Assembly (NCBI GenBank): GCA_017451505.1
Contig: JAFTOF010000002.1
Coordinates: 65,042 to 129,041, forward strand
Reading direction: 5' to 3'
Origin: Clostridia bacterium
GTDB taxonomy: Bacteria; Bacillota; Clostridia; UMGS1883
Length of the DNA: 64,000 bases
A model generated the notes under the pieces. The model was not told the origin of the DNA. It worked only from the letters and a program-made list of their open reading frames with translations, and made no database searches. This document shows positions 19,841-29,635 of this stretch, in pieces. The position numbers and the translations under genes were made by a program. The first letter of the stretch is position 1. Each line of letters starts with the position of its first letter.

Positions 19841-19895
19841 CAAACATTTGTTCGCTTTCTGATTATAATATAACAGAACATTTGTTCGATGTCAA
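19841..19895 (-). promoter_or_regulatory. SOS-type promoter with two LexA (Cheo) boxes
   Basis: Read in gene direction: TTGACA (19895-19890), a 17-nt spacer containing CGAACAAATGTTCT (19888-19875), TATATT (19872-19867), then a second box CGAACAAATGTTTG (19854-19841) just before the RBS. Gram-positive consensus is CGAAC-N4-GTTCG. Confidence 0.8.
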
Positions 19896-20092
19896 TACTT
19901 TTTTTGAAAATTTTTCTATTTTTTTCTAATAGTATGTAAATAATTGGCTGAATATAAAATGTTCATTTGTCGAACAATACTAACGTAAGCTTTGAGCAGA
20001 AAAGAGTTTTGTTCAAATGCAATATGCAAAAGGACTTTACTCTTCTCTGCAAAAGCTTACAGAAAATATAGATAAAAAATATAAAGGAGAAA

Positions 20093-20293
20093 ATGAAAAT
20101 GAGTAGAAGATCAAGAGTTCTCGTACCCGAAGCAAGAGAGGCACTTAACCGTTTCAAAATGGAAGCTGCTAACGAAGTAGGCGTAACACTTAACCAGGGT
20201 TACAACGGCGACAAGACAAGCCGTGAAAACGGAAGCGTTGGCGGACAGATGGTTAAAAAGATGATTTCTGCTTACGAGCAGTCTATGAAGTAA
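20093..20293 (+). CDS. Alpha/beta-type small acid-soluble spore protein
   Basis: LVPEAREALNRFKMEAANEVGV ... GSVGGQMVKKMI is the canonical SASP signature. The start may instead be ATG 20099. Confidence 0.9.
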   Translation: MKMSRRSRVLVPEAREALNRFKMEAANEVGVTLNQGYNGDKTSRENGSVGGQMVKKMISAYEQSMK

Positions 20294-20324
20294 TTATAAC
20301 CGATATAATTATTTTCAAAACAAC

Positions 20325-20357
20325 AAAAATCCCGAAGAAAATTCTTCGGGATTTTTT
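20325..20357. terminator. Bidirectional intrinsic terminator
   Basis: AAAAATCCCGAAG-aaaatt-CTTCGGGATTTTT. Confidence 0.7.
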
Positions 20358-20363
20358 ATTGCT

Positions 20364-21848
20364 TTATTTATGGTATAAACTTTTATTTTCATATTTTGCT
20401 TCGCAGCTTACATTGATGCCGAGCCTTTTTAGAATTTTCTCATCTTCCTCGCTGATTATAACGGAGAAATGGGCATTGCTTCCGTGAAGATTAGATAGCT
20501 GCTCTTTTGCCGCATTTGCGATGGGGTTTGAAAGTGCCGAAATCGTAAGCGACATTAAAACCTCATCGGTATGAAGTCTGGGATTTTTATGCTTCAGATA
20601 ATTTGTTTTAAGAGCACATATAGGCTCGAGCACGTCAGCGGAAATAAGAAGCAGCTCGTCATCAATATTTCCCAATGCTTTAAGTGCATTAAGGAGAAGT
20701 GCCGATGCCGCACCAAGTGTGCTTGAGGTTTTTCCCGTGATTATTCTGCCGTCGGGAAGCTCTATCGCTCCTGCCGGTGCACCTGTTTCCTCGGCTTTCT
20801 TAAGTGCCGCCTTGATTACGGGGCATTTTTCGGGACGCATTCCTGCCTGATTCATAAGAAGCTCCAGCTTCATTATATCATTATCATCGCTGAAGGAGCG
20901 GAGCTTATTCACGCTCGCACTGTAATAGCGGCGGATAATCTCCATTTTCGATGCGTCACAGCAAACCTTATCATCAATAATACAGTTACCTGCCATATTT
21001 ACGCCCATATCGGTAGGAGATTTATAGGGCGATGTTCCCTGAATTCTTTCAAACATAGCATTAAGCACAGGGAATATTTCCACGTCACGGTTGTAGTTAA
21101 CTGCCGTTTCCCCGTATGCTTCCAAATGGAACGGATCAATCATATTTACATCATTTAAATCTGCCGTTGCCGCTTCATATGCAAGATTTACGGGATGCTT
21201 AAGCGGAAGGTTCCATATAGGGAACGTTTCAAACTTTGCGTAACCTGCCGTGATTCCACGCTTATGGTCATGATAAAGCTGACTTAAACAGGTTGCCATT
21301 TTGCCGCTTCCGGGACCGGGAGCAGTGATTACTACAAGAGAACGGGTTGTTTCAATATAATCATTCTTGCCAAGTCCCTCATCACTTACAATATGCTTTA
21401 CGTCCGAGGGATAGCCTGCAATTGGATAATGCTTATAGCACTTAATTCCCAGTGCGGTAAGCTGCTTGAGAAAGGCATTTGCACTTGCCTGACCATCATA
21501 ACGGGTAAGCACCACACTTCCTACATATAAATTAAGTTCACGGAAGGTATCTATAAGCCTGAGGACATCTTCGTCATAAGTAATACCGAGGTCTGCACGC
21601 ATTTTGTTGGTTTCAATATCAGCGGCGTTAATAGTCATAACGATTTCAACATCGTCACTAAGCTGCTGAAGCATACGCATTTTGCTGTCAGGCTCAAAGC
21701 CCGGAAGCACGCGTGAGGCATGGAAATCGTCAAAAAGCTTTCCCCCGAATTCCAGATACAGCTTCCCTCCGAAAAGAGCAATACGCTTTCTTATCTGTTC
21801 CGACTGCATGGAAAGATATTTTTGATTGTCAAATCCGATTTTACCCAT
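20364..21848 (-). CDS. DUF1846 (UPF0371) family protein
   Basis: N-terminus MGKIGFDNQKYLSMQSEQIRKRI...LYLEFGGKLFDDFHASRVLPGF is characteristic of UPF0371; ~494 aa. Confidence 0.75.
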   Translation of the reverse strand: MGKIGFDNQKYLSMQSEQIRKRIALFGGKLYLEFGGKLFDDFHASRVLPGFEPDSKMRMLQQLSDDVEIVMTINAADIETNKMRADLGITYDEDVLRLIDTFRELNLYVGSVVLTRYDGQASANAFLKQLTALGIKCYKHYPIAGYPSDVKHIVSDEGLGKNDYIETTRSLVVITAPGPGSGKMATCLSQLYHDHKRGITAGYAKFETFPIWNLPLKHPVNLAYEAATADLNDVNMIDPFHLEAYGETAVNYNRDVEIFPVLNAMFERIQGTSPYKSPTDMGVNMAGNCIIDDKVCCDASKMEIIRRYYSASVNKLRSFSDDNDIMKLELLMNQAGMRPEKCPVIKAALKKAEETGAPAGAIELPDGRIITGKTSSTLGAASALLLNALKALGNIDDELLLISADVLEPICALKTNYLKHKNPRLHTDEVLMSLTISALSNPIANAAKEQLSNLHGSNAHFSVIISEEDEKILKRLGINVSCEAKYENKSLYHK

Positions 21849-22015
21849 TCCCTTCTCACCTCGAATAAATAATACAAGAATTAGTATACCACATTCGTAT
21901 CTAATATTAAAGTATATTTTTCAAATTTTTTCTATTTTTTTAGTTTTTATTTGACAATATTTTCTGTGGGTGTTATAATAGCGGCGTTGTGTAAAATTTT
22001 ATGGAGGATGCCTAT

Positions 22016-23125
22016 ATGAATAAAGCAGTTTCTTTTATGAAAAACAATGCTGTTCTCTCGGTTGCATTCTTTGCCGCTCTTATCACAAGTTTTATAGTGG
22101 GAATAGACGGAGAATATGTCGGATATTTTGATTTTAAGACTCTTACCTGCCTTTTTTGTGTGCTTGCCGTTGTGTGTGCACTTAAAAACATTAATTTCTT
22201 TTATATATTGGCACAGAAAATTGTGCAGTGCTTTAAAAATGCAAGGGCGGCAATCACCGCAATTATATACATAACCTTCATCGGCTCGATGCTGATTGCA
22301 AATGATATGGCACTTCTCACCTTTCTTCCGCTGGGCTACTTTGTGCTAAACTCGACACATAAGGAAAAGTATATGTGCTTTACCTTTATCATGCAGAACA
22401 TCGCCGCAAACTTAGGCGGTATGCTGACGCCTTTCGGAAATCCGCAGAATCTTTTTCTTTACACAAAATTCAATATCCCCACTGATGAATTTATGGGAAT
22501 AATGGCACCGCCGTTTATTATCGCAATCAGCATTATTACTTTCTGTTGCTTTATTTTTGTTCACCCCGAACCGCTTAAAATAAACGACGAAGCCCCTAAA
22601 TTCAATAAAAAAAGGACTTTCATTTATTTATTTCTCTTTGTTCTTTCAATTGCGATTGTTTTCAGGACAATTCCTTATATAACAGGGCTTATTATTATCC
22701 CGCCCGTGCTTTTCTTTATGGACAGAAAAGCACTTAAAATGGTGGACTATCCCCTGCTTTTAACGTTTGTGTTTTTCTTTGTTTTTGCAGGAAATATGGC
22801 AAGGGTCGAAGTCGTTCAAAATTTATTTGAATATCTTTTAGGTAAAAGCACGCTGCTCTTTAGTATTCTGTCCTGCCAGATTATAAGCAATGTTCCCTCG
22901 GCAATACTGCTGTCGCAGTTCACAAACAACTACCAGGAGCTTCTTTTAGGGGTGAATATCGGTGGTGTGGGAACGCTAATTGCTTCCTTGGCAAGTCTTA
23001 TCACTTTCCGTGAATACACAAAGTACAATCCCAAAAGAGCACTGCAGTATATAGGAATGTTTACGGCATTTAATTTTGGATTTTTAATACTGCTTACCCT
23101 TTCAGAAATGATAATAATTAAGTAA
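22016..23125 (+). CDS. ArsB/NhaD-superfamily (citrate-transporter-like) permease
   Basis: ~10 TM helices; GNPQNLFLY motif. GGAGG RBS precedes ATG 22016, and a TTGACA-17-TATAAT promoter lies upstream. Confidence 0.6.
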   Translation: MNKAVSFMKNNAVLSVAFFAALITSFIVGIDGEYVGYFDFKTLTCLFCVLAVVCALKNINFFYILAQKIVQCFKNARAAITAIIYITFIGSMLIANDMALLTFLPLGYFVLNSTHKEKYMCFTFIMQNIAANLGGMLTPFGNPQNLFLYTKFNIPTDEFMGIMAPPFIIAISIITFCCFIFVHPEPLKINDEAPKFNKKRTFIYLFLFVLSIAIVFRTIPYITGLIIIPPVLFFMDRKALKMVDYPLLLTFVFFFVFAGNMARVEVVQNLFEYLLGKSTLLFSILSCQIISNVPSAILLSQFTNNYQELLLGVNIGGVGTLIASLASLITFREYTKYNPKRALQYIGMFTAFNFGFLILLTLSEMIIIK

Positions 23126-23214
23126 AAAAGAAGCGTGCCGCTTCATCCTCGTCGCGTATCTGCTTGGTGCTGACATAGTTGCACGCGTCTTAATTTTACG
23201 CAATTTCCTATACG
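23126..23214 (-). repeat. Dispersed intergenic repeat, copy A
   Basis: Shares AAAAGAAGCGTGCCGCTTCA and ACGCAA(T)TTCCTATACG blocks with copy C. On the minus strand it ends in GAAGCG-gca-CGCTTC plus T6. Confidence 0.6.
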
Positions 23215-23241
23215 AAAAAAGAAGGCTGAGCCTTCTTTTTT
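23215..23241. terminator. Bidirectional intrinsic terminator
   Basis: AAAAAAGAAGGC-tgag-CCTTCTTTTTT. Confidence 0.7.
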
Positions 23242-23247
23242 ATTACA

Positions 23248-24864
23248 TTATTTTAGGTTGACCTTTATAGCAGTATGTTTGTCTATGCTGTAAAAAAGGG
23301 TGTTTTCATGCATATACAACGCATTGAAAAAGCTGGGGGGCATGGGAAAATCCGAGGATTTATAACATTCTGACGAGCCGTCGGTTACTAAGAACCTGAC
23401 CTCTTCCCCTTGCATTTCTCCTGCGGTATAAACGCAAAGATAATCATCAAGCTTTCTCACGGTAGTTCCTGTTTTTGTATCAAGCAAGGTTATATTGCGG
23501 CTTCCGTGTCCCGATGCATAATCGTCAAAGCTTTGAACAAGAGTTCTGTCCCCATTTGGCGTTTTCATTACGGCAACAATTTCCTGCTGCCCCGTGGCAC
23601 CTACAAGCACCAGACCTTCTCCGCCACTGTGTTCAATCACGGAGGTTTCTCCTGTTACCTCGCTATAACGCACAAGCTTTCCATTATTATCGTACAGAAT
23701 CATGGTACTGTCCTTACCTGTGGTATTATCCCAACCGGTGTACACATAGAATCCATGAACGTTGTCAATAAGCTTTTTTGCTTCGTCCGTGCCTATGTCA
23801 ATATAGTAAAGAGCACTATCGTTATCGGTATTAAGGTCGGTTGCGACAAAATAAATTCTATCATTAAATATCGAAACGCTTCCTGTTCTTCTGACACGTC
23901 CGGGCAGGGGCTTCACCTCTGTAACGACGCCGTCTGTTTCATAAGAAAAGTTTGTGGCACTGTCAAAATACGGATGAACACCTTTTACCTTAATTTTTTC
24001 ATTTCCTGCACCAAATTCACTATAGCCGTGACTGCTGTAGGAATAATTTATCGGGTTTTCCTGTATGGCAGTGCCGTCGGGAAGTATTTTGTAATACTGA
24101 TTCCGCTGGAAAATCGGTGAGCTTCCCACAACATGCCTGAAATAAATATTTCCGTTTTCTTTAATAAAGTCTACGGGGCGGTTGTTATGATTTCCGTCCA
24201 AATCGGTAACAATTTCGGGCGAAGATGTATCGGAAACGCTCACGCGATAAACGACTATTTTATCGTCTTTATCACCGCTGTAATAATAATACTCACCGTC
24301 CGTTGCAACACCGCCGTTAAGGTGCGGAAGGTTTAAAGCCTCCGGATGAAAATTGTCCGAGGTTACAGAAAGTCCGTTTTTGCTGTCGAAGTTATAATCC
24401 CATCCAAATTCATCAACGGCAAAACGCCACGTCAGCGGAAAATAGGTTACATCACGCAGTGTAAGAAGTGGATATTCCTCTTTTGTATTATCTATAGCTT
24501 TCCCGTTTACCTCTATGTTAAAATTGCAAATTGAGGCTTTGTATGTCTCGCCGTTCTTCCACTGCCATTCATAATTTCTGTATGCCGTTGTAACATCGCT
24601 TTTCTCAATGGATAGAGTGCTTGTTTCCCCGTTCCAATCCGTTTTTAGTCCCAAATAGCGACAATCAAAATATGTCATTGGAACATAGGTTATATCCTTA
24701 TAAACAATTAAAGGAAACTGACGATAACTATTCTCGACCTCGGCCCCGTTAAAGGTCACCGTAAACGAAGGAATAGTTACCCGAGCATCTGCCGCAAAGG
24801 CGGACACAGTGGGAAGCATTAATATTGTTAATAATATTGCAATCAGTTTTTTCATTGTCATCAT
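23248..24864 (-). CDS. Secreted protein with N-terminal stalk (copper amine oxidase N-like) domain and beta-propeller-like C-terminal region
   Basis: Signal peptide ...PTVSAFAADA; stalk motifs (YKDITYVPMTYF, LRDVTYFPLTWRF); the rest is rich in Tyr/Gly/Asp beta-strand repeats. Confidence 0.55.
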   Translation of the reverse strand: MMTMKKLIAILLTILMLPTVSAFAADARVTIPSFTVTFNGAEVENSYRQFPLIVYKDITYVPMTYFDCRYLGLKTDWNGETSTLSIEKSDVTTAYRNYEWQWKNGETYKASICNFNIEVNGKAIDNTKEEYPLLTLRDVTYFPLTWRFAVDEFGWDYNFDSKNGLSVTSDNFHPEALNLPHLNGGVATDGEYYYYSGDKDDKIVVYRVSVSDTSSPEIVTDLDGNHNNRPVDFIKENGNIYFRHVVGSSPIFQRNQYYKILPDGTAIQENPINYSYSSHGYSEFGAGNEKIKVKGVHPYFDSATNFSYETDGVVTEVKPLPGRVRRTGSVSIFNDRIYFVATDLNTDNDSALYYIDIGTDEAKKLIDNVHGFYVYTGWDNTTGKDSTMILYDNNGKLVRYSEVTGETSVIEHSGGEGLVLVGATGQQEIVAVMKTPNGDRTLVQSFDDYASGHGSRNITLLDTKTGTTVRKLDDYLCVYTAGEMQGEEVRFLVTDGSSECYKSSDFPMPPSFFNALYMHENTLFYSIDKHTAIKVNLK

Positions 24865-24891
24865 CTCCTGTGGTGTGTCTTTAAATAAGTT

Positions 24892-26631
24892 TTATTTTAG
24901 TCTTCCGTAGCCTGCACCTTCAACGCACTGCTGACCTGCTTCTGTAAGCATAAACTCCGCCATCTTCCTTGCAGGGGCGTCAGCGGGAGTGTCTTTTCGA
25001 AGTACTACATAGGTGTTGTTGGAAAGCGGGTACGAGCCGTCTGCAATGGTTTCATCAGTAGGCATCACGCCATCAATTGCAAGAAGCTTTAAATGCCGCT
25101 TTGTGTCAAGCACCGCATCTACGTTATGATAGTAATAATAAATACTGTAGCCTAAGCCGTAGCCTAAAGGATTATCTGTTTTTGCTGCTATAACATCAGT
25201 TAATACATTCGACATTGTGAATGAAGTTTCCTTTTGCACCTCGGGATGAATTTCGTTTCCTTTAAGGAAATGCTTTTCCATCTGTGCATGACTGCCGCTG
25301 TCGTTATTTCTGCAATAAGGATAAAGAAGTGCATCGCTACCCCCTACCTCAGACCAGTTATCATAAGCATCATTTACATAGATATCAGTTATCTGCTCCT
25401 TAGTAAGCCCTGTTATCGGATTATCATTATTGGTAAAGAATATCATCGCATCATACGCAATTGGGATAAGCTCCAGCTCCACGCCTTTTTCTTCTGCCAT
25501 TTTCAGAATATCGCTTGCAGGGTAAACGGAAGCAAAAAGCATATCCACCTCCCCGTTTATCAGCCGCTGATATGAGGCATGGCTCTTTGAATGCTTTTGC
25601 GGAAACTGCGGATGTGTCTGCCCGTTACGGAAAAGCGTATTGTAAACCACCTGCGTAAAGGGATAGGTAGAGGTTGAGCCATCAATTTTGGGCATTTCTT
25701 TGTCAAAGCCGAACATCTTTGCAAGCTCCGATGCATACATCTGGCACTCATCCTGAATGTTATTTAAGATGTAGGCAACGTTTGCTCTTGTAGCCGCTTT
25801 CTGCGGATATAAAAACTGCTCGGGATTATCCCAGTCAATATTTTCCGTATTCTGCGGATAGTCTACTATGCAGTTATATCCAAGGTAATCGTACGCCTCT
25901 TTCGCCCAATCGGATATATTTTCTTTGTCGGCAAAGTTCTCGTTTTGCCGCTTGAAACATCTCAGGTTTGCGTATTGCAAGGCTCTTGCAACCATAACTG
26001 TAATTTCTTCTCTTGTTACATTTCTGTAAGGAGAAAATACGTTCGGACTGTCACCCTCAATAATTCCGCAGGCACGGGCATAATTTACCACATAATAAAA
26101 CCAGTCTTTTTTGGAAACATCCTCAAAGGTAACTGTCTGCGTATAGCCTGCCGAGATTTCATCTGTATATTCCCATGCCAGACCTTCAAGCCCCATAAAC
26201 CGCATTACCATGGCGGCCGCTTCGGCACGGGTTACGTTATCATGGATATTTGCTTCCCCCTTGTCATTTCCGCGGATAACTCCGACACGTGACAGCATTT
26301 TAACGTCATGGAAATCAAAATCCGAATCATCAACATCGGTAAACTCTAATGCTTCGGTAACGAAAGCTTCAATCGCACGGCTCTTATACTCCACGGGGAC
26401 TGTTGCGTACACATTACCCTCATATACAAGTGATAAGGGAATGATTTCTCCGCTGTCTACATACCTTGCATGTGTAATCCATGAGTTTCGGTCTTCAATA
26501 CCGTCGGGGAATGGAATTTTGATAGTTGTAAATGCCAAGGTCTGTGTTTTTTCAGTTTCATCGGCAAGTGCAAAGCTTTCAAAGCTCATTGCCATACACA
26601 GTACTAAAATTGTGCTTATCAATTTTTTCAT
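24892..26631 (-). CDS. SLH-domain protein fused to a PstS-like periplasmic binding domain
   Basis: Signal peptide; three SLH-like repeats (VTRAEAAAMVMRFMGL, VTREEITVMVARAL, ATRANVAYILNNI); C-terminal PBP domain starting IDGSTSTYPF. Confidence 0.6.
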   Translation of the reverse strand: MKKLISTILVLCMAMSFESFALADETEKTQTLAFTTIKIPFPDGIEDRNSWITHARYVDSGEIIPLSLVYEGNVYATVPVEYKSRAIEAFVTEALEFTDVDDSDFDFHDVKMLSRVGVIRGNDKGEANIHDNVTRAEAAAMVMRFMGLEGLAWEYTDEISAGYTQTVTFEDVSKKDWFYYVVNYARACGIIEGDSPNVFSPYRNVTREEITVMVARALQYANLRCFKRQNENFADKENISDWAKEAYDYLGYNCIVDYPQNTENIDWDNPEQFLYPQKAATRANVAYILNNIQDECQMYASELAKMFGFDKEMPKIDGSTSTYPFTQVVYNTLFRNGQTHPQFPQKHSKSHASYQRLINGEVDMLFASVYPASDILKMAEEKGVELELIPIAYDAMIFFTNNDNPITGLTKEQITDIYVNDAYDNWSEVGGSDALLYPYCRNNDSGSHAQMEKHFLKGNEIHPEVQKETSFTMSNVLTDVIAAKTDNPLGYGLGYSIYYYYHNVDAVLDTKRHLKLLAIDGVMPTDETIADGSYPLSNNTYVVLRKDTPADAPARKMAEFMLTEAGQQCVEGAGYGRLK

Positions 26632-26707
26632 ATACTTTCGCCTCCTTTAGCACTTTTATTATATCAAGCTTTGCAAAACATTTCAATATTCAACGCATCA
26701 AAATTTT

Positions 26708-26741
26708 AAAAGGCTGAGTGAAACAAATCACTCAGCCTTTT
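26708..26741. terminator. Intrinsic terminator hairpin
   Basis: AAAAGGCTGAGTG-aaacaaat-CACTCAGCCTTTT. Confidence 0.7.
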
Positions 26742-26747
26742 AATCGA

Positions 26748-27587
26748 TTATTTAATAGAAACTGTTTCCCCTGACGGGATTTTGTATGTAACGCCGTCCT
26801 GATATACCCAAAGCTCAACAAGGGTGGGATTATACACCTTTGTGCCATCGGCATAATATTCAAGACGGTTATACGCTTCAATATAGTTGTATATTTCTAT
26901 ATTGGTTGCATACCAGATATCATCGTTCCCCGACATCTTTTCGCAGAACTCTTCAATCACGTTCCAATTATGCATCTGATTAAACTCATAGCTATGCCCC
27001 CACACATAAAAGAGCTGGGGTTTTCTGTTAACTCCGTATTCAAGGAAGAAATCTGCAAGCTCCATTAATCTTGGATTTGCATGGTGGCAGGTTGCGGGGA
27101 GTCTTAGCCAGTCGGTGGGAATTTTAAACTGCTCCGTGGAAACGGTGGTTCTGCAGTACTTGATTCCGCAAAGGCGAAGTGCTTCCACAACATCATTATT
27201 AAACGTGCCGAAAGGATAAGCTCCGCCGTTAATTCTTCTTCCAAACATTTCCTCCAATGCTTTCCTGTCCTCTATAATTTCAGACACTACCTTAGATGTA
27301 GGAAGTTCTTCCATAAACTCATGCGTGTAGCCATGAATCGCCACCTCATGAGGACTGTCTGCATACAAGGCGTAGGCTTCACTTTTCGAAAGCCGCCCGC
27401 TTACTGCATCAGGAGGATATACTGTTCCCTCAGGTGCAAAAAGTCCTGCATTTATATTAAATGTGCCTTTCATTCCATACTTATCAAAAATTTCAATAAG
27501 CCGCCTGTCGGGATGCACACCGTCATCATAGCTAAAGGTCAGTGCCTTTGCCTTACCTTTCGGGAATCGCATGAATCGGATACTCAC
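26748..27587 (-). CDS. Polysaccharide deacetylase (NodB homology) family protein
   Basis: LTFSYDDGVHPD (Asp-Asp motif); HGYTHE His pair; no signal peptide. Confidence 0.75.
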   Translation of the reverse strand: MSIRFMRFPKGKAKALTFSYDDGVHPDRRLIEIFDKYGMKGTFNINAGLFAPEGTVYPPDAVSGRLSKSEAYALYADSPHEVAIHGYTHEFMEELPTSKVVSEIIEDRKALEEMFGRRINGGAYPFGTFNNDVVEALRLCGIKYCRTTVSTEQFKIPTDWLRLPATCHHANPRLMELADFFLEYGVNRKPQLFYVWGHSYEFNQMHNWNVIEEFCEKMSGNDDIWYATNIEIYNYIEAYNRLEYYADGTKVYNPTLVELWVYQDGVTYKIPSGETVSIK

Positions 27588-27602
27588 AACATTTCACTCC
27601 AA

Positions 27603-28022
27603 TCAGTTCTTCGCCTTCATTTCGCAGTAAATACATCTGTAAATTTTATTTTCGCGGTCAGTAAGTTTAAACACATGGTCTATTTCCTGCTCGACAGATG
27701 TGATACATCTGGGATTTTTGCACTTAACAACGTTTACTATCCTTTCGGGAAGCTCGCAGTGGCGTTTGTTGGTTTTAACGCCGTTTTCAATGGTGTTAAT
27801 GGTAATACCGTTATCAATATAACCCAGGGCATCGAGATTAACATCGAGGGCTTCATCAATTTTTATGATATCCTTTTTTCCCATTTTCTTACTGTTTACG
27901 TTCTTTATAATTGCAACAGAACATTCAAGCTGGTCAAGGTTCAGGAGCTTATAAATCTCCATGCTTTTTCCTGCCGCAATATGGTCGATAACTATACCGT
28001 TTACAATTTCATCAATATGCAT
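27603..28022 (-). CDS. pyrI: Aspartate carbamoyltransferase regulatory subunit
   Basis: PyrI length; C-terminal zinc-binding cysteines (CKNPRC ... CIYC). Confidence 0.9.
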   Translation of the reverse strand: MHIDEIVNGIVIDHIAAGKSMEIYKLLNLDQLECSVAIIKNVNSKKMGKKDIIKIDEALDVNLDALGYIDNGITINTIENGVKTNKRHCELPERIVNVVKCKNPRCITSVEQEIDHVFKLTDRENKIYRCIYCEMKAKN

Positions 28023-28034
28023 AATTTCCCCTCC

Positions 28035-28958
28035 TTACTCTATTCCGAGAAGTTTCAGAATGAGTGCCATTCTGATATACTTTCCGTTTTTCGCCTGCCT
28101 GAAATAGCAAGCCCTTTCGTCCTTATCCACTTCAACGGAAATTTCGTTTACTCTGGGAAGCGGATGAAGAACACGCATGGTAGGCTTTGCATGCTCAAGC
28201 TTGTCAGGAGTAAGGATATATGTGTCCTTCAAACGAACATAGTCAGCTTCGTTAAAGAATCTTTCCTTCTGAACACGTGTCATGTACAGAATATCAAGCT
28301 CCGGCATTGATTCTTCCAGGCTTTCAGTTTCAACAAATTCAATGTTCTTCTTAACAAGAACCTCATTTATAAGATATTCGGGAAGCTTAAGTTCCTTGGG
28401 AGAAATCATGATAAACTTGATATTATCGTAACGAACCATCGCCTGAATAAGCGAATGAACTGTTCTGCCGAACTTAAGGTCACCGCAAAGACCGATTGTG
28501 AGATTATCAAGCCTTCCTACTTCCCTCTTAATAGTAAGAAGGTCGGTAAGGGTCTGTGTGGGATGATTGTGTCCGCCGTCCCCTGCATTAATAATCGGAA
28601 TCTGGGTTTTTGCCGCCGCAACTGTGGGAGCACCCTCCTTAGGATGACGCATAGCTATAATATCGGCATATGCCTCTACTGTGCGAACTGTATCGGATAC
28701 GCTCTCCCCTTTAGCAGCGGAGCTTGACTGTGCCTCGGAAAATCCCAAAACATTACCCCCAAGTTCATACATTGCCGCTTCAAAGCTGAGCCTTGTACGG
28801 GTAGAGGGTTCAAAGAACAAAGTGGCAAGCTTTTTATATTTACACTTTTCCCTGTAATTTTCAGGATTTTCGATAATATCGTTTGCAACCTCTATAAGCT
28901 TGTCTATTTCCGGGATGCTAAGATCCAAAATGTCTATTAAATCTTTCATTTTTATCAT
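28035..28958 (-). CDS. pyrB: Aspartate carbamoyltransferase catalytic subunit
   Basis: [13 protein letters not shown] and HPLPR motifs. Confidence 0.95.
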   Translation of the reverse strand: MIKMKDLIDILDLSIPEIDKLIEVANDIIENPENYREKCKYKKLATLFFEPSTRTRLSFEAAMYELGGNVLGFSEAQSSSAAKGESVSDTVRTVEAYADIIAMRHPKEGAPTVAAAKTQIPIINAGDGGHNHPTQTLTDLLTIKREVGRLDNLTIGLCGDLKFGRTVHSLIQAMVRYDNIKFIMISPKELKLPEYLINEVLVKKNIEFVETESLEESMPELDILYMTRVQKERFFNEADYVRLKDTYILTPDKLEHAKPTMRVLHPLPRVNEISVEVDKDERACYFRQAKNGKYIRMALILKLLGIE

Positions 28959-28983
28959 CCTTTCCGTAAAATTTGGTTGGTTT

Positions 28984-29616
28984 TTATGCCTTTATCCAGC
29001 TTTCATCGGAAGGATTATTACGGAATTTGATAAGACGTTCTTTATCCTCTGCTTTAATGTAATTTTCATTAGCAGCAACCTCAACAATTGTGTCAAAGTC
29101 TGTGAGGCTGATATTCTTTACGTTTGCCGCAGAGAGTCTGTCAAGACCTTTCTGCATGCCATATGTGAAGATTGAAGCAATACCCAGAACTTCTGCACCT
29201 GCAGCACGGAGTGCCTCTACAACCTCGATAACACTTCCGCCTGTGGAGATAAGGTCTTCAATAACTACAACCTTATCGCCTTTCTGGAGCTTTCCTTCAA
29301 TCTGATTCTGTCTGCCGTGGTCTTTTGCACCGCTTCTTACATAGCCCATGGGCATATCAAGAAGATGTGCGGTAATTGCCGCATGGGCAATACCTGCTGT
29401 AGATGTACCCATAAGCACCTCGGCTTCGGGGTAATGTGTCTTTACAACCTCGGCAAGGCTTTTTTCAACGTCTGTTCTTACTTCGGGAGCTGTAAGGGTA
29501 AGACGGTTGTCACAATAAATGGGGCTTTTAATTCCGCTTGCCCATGTAAAAGGCTCGTCGGGACTTAAAAATACTGCCTTGATTTTAAGTAAGTCTTTTG
29601 CAATTAATTCTTTCAT
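28984..29616 (-). CDS. pyrE: Orotate phosphoribosyltransferase
   Basis: PRPP-binding loop [13 protein letters not shown]. Confidence 0.93.
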   Translation of the reverse strand: MKELIAKDLLKIKAVFLSPDEPFTWASGIKSPIYCDNRLTLTAPEVRTDVEKSLAEVVKTHYPEAEVLMGTSTAGIAHAAITAHLLDMPMGYVRSGAKDHGRQNQIEGKLQKGDKVVVIEDLISTGGSVIEVVEALRAAGAEVLGIASIFTYGMQKGLDRLSAANVKNISLTDFDTIVEVAANENYIKAEDKERLIKFRNNPSDESWIKA

Positions 29617-29635
29617 TTTTATCTATCCTCTCTTT

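Noticed and set aside
19895-19930. AT-rich similarity between 19895-19930 and 21917-21950 (AAATTTTTCTATTTTTTT)
   Set aside because: It is a low-complexity A/T run in two promoter regions. It is too short and too biased to call a repeat family.
19963-20157. 64-aa minus-strand ORF overlapping the SASP start
   Set aside because: It is antisense to the SASP gene and its promoter region, and has no RBS.
23410-24120. 236-aa plus-strand ORF
   Set aside because: It lies antisense inside the 538-aa secreted protein gene, with no RBS or motifs.
27321-28310. 329-aa plus-strand ORF spanning the deacetylase, pyrI and pyrB regions
   Set aside because: It is antisense to three well-supported genes. It has low-complexity, Cys/Phe/Asn-rich composition typical of shadow ORFs in AT-rich DNA, and no RBS.
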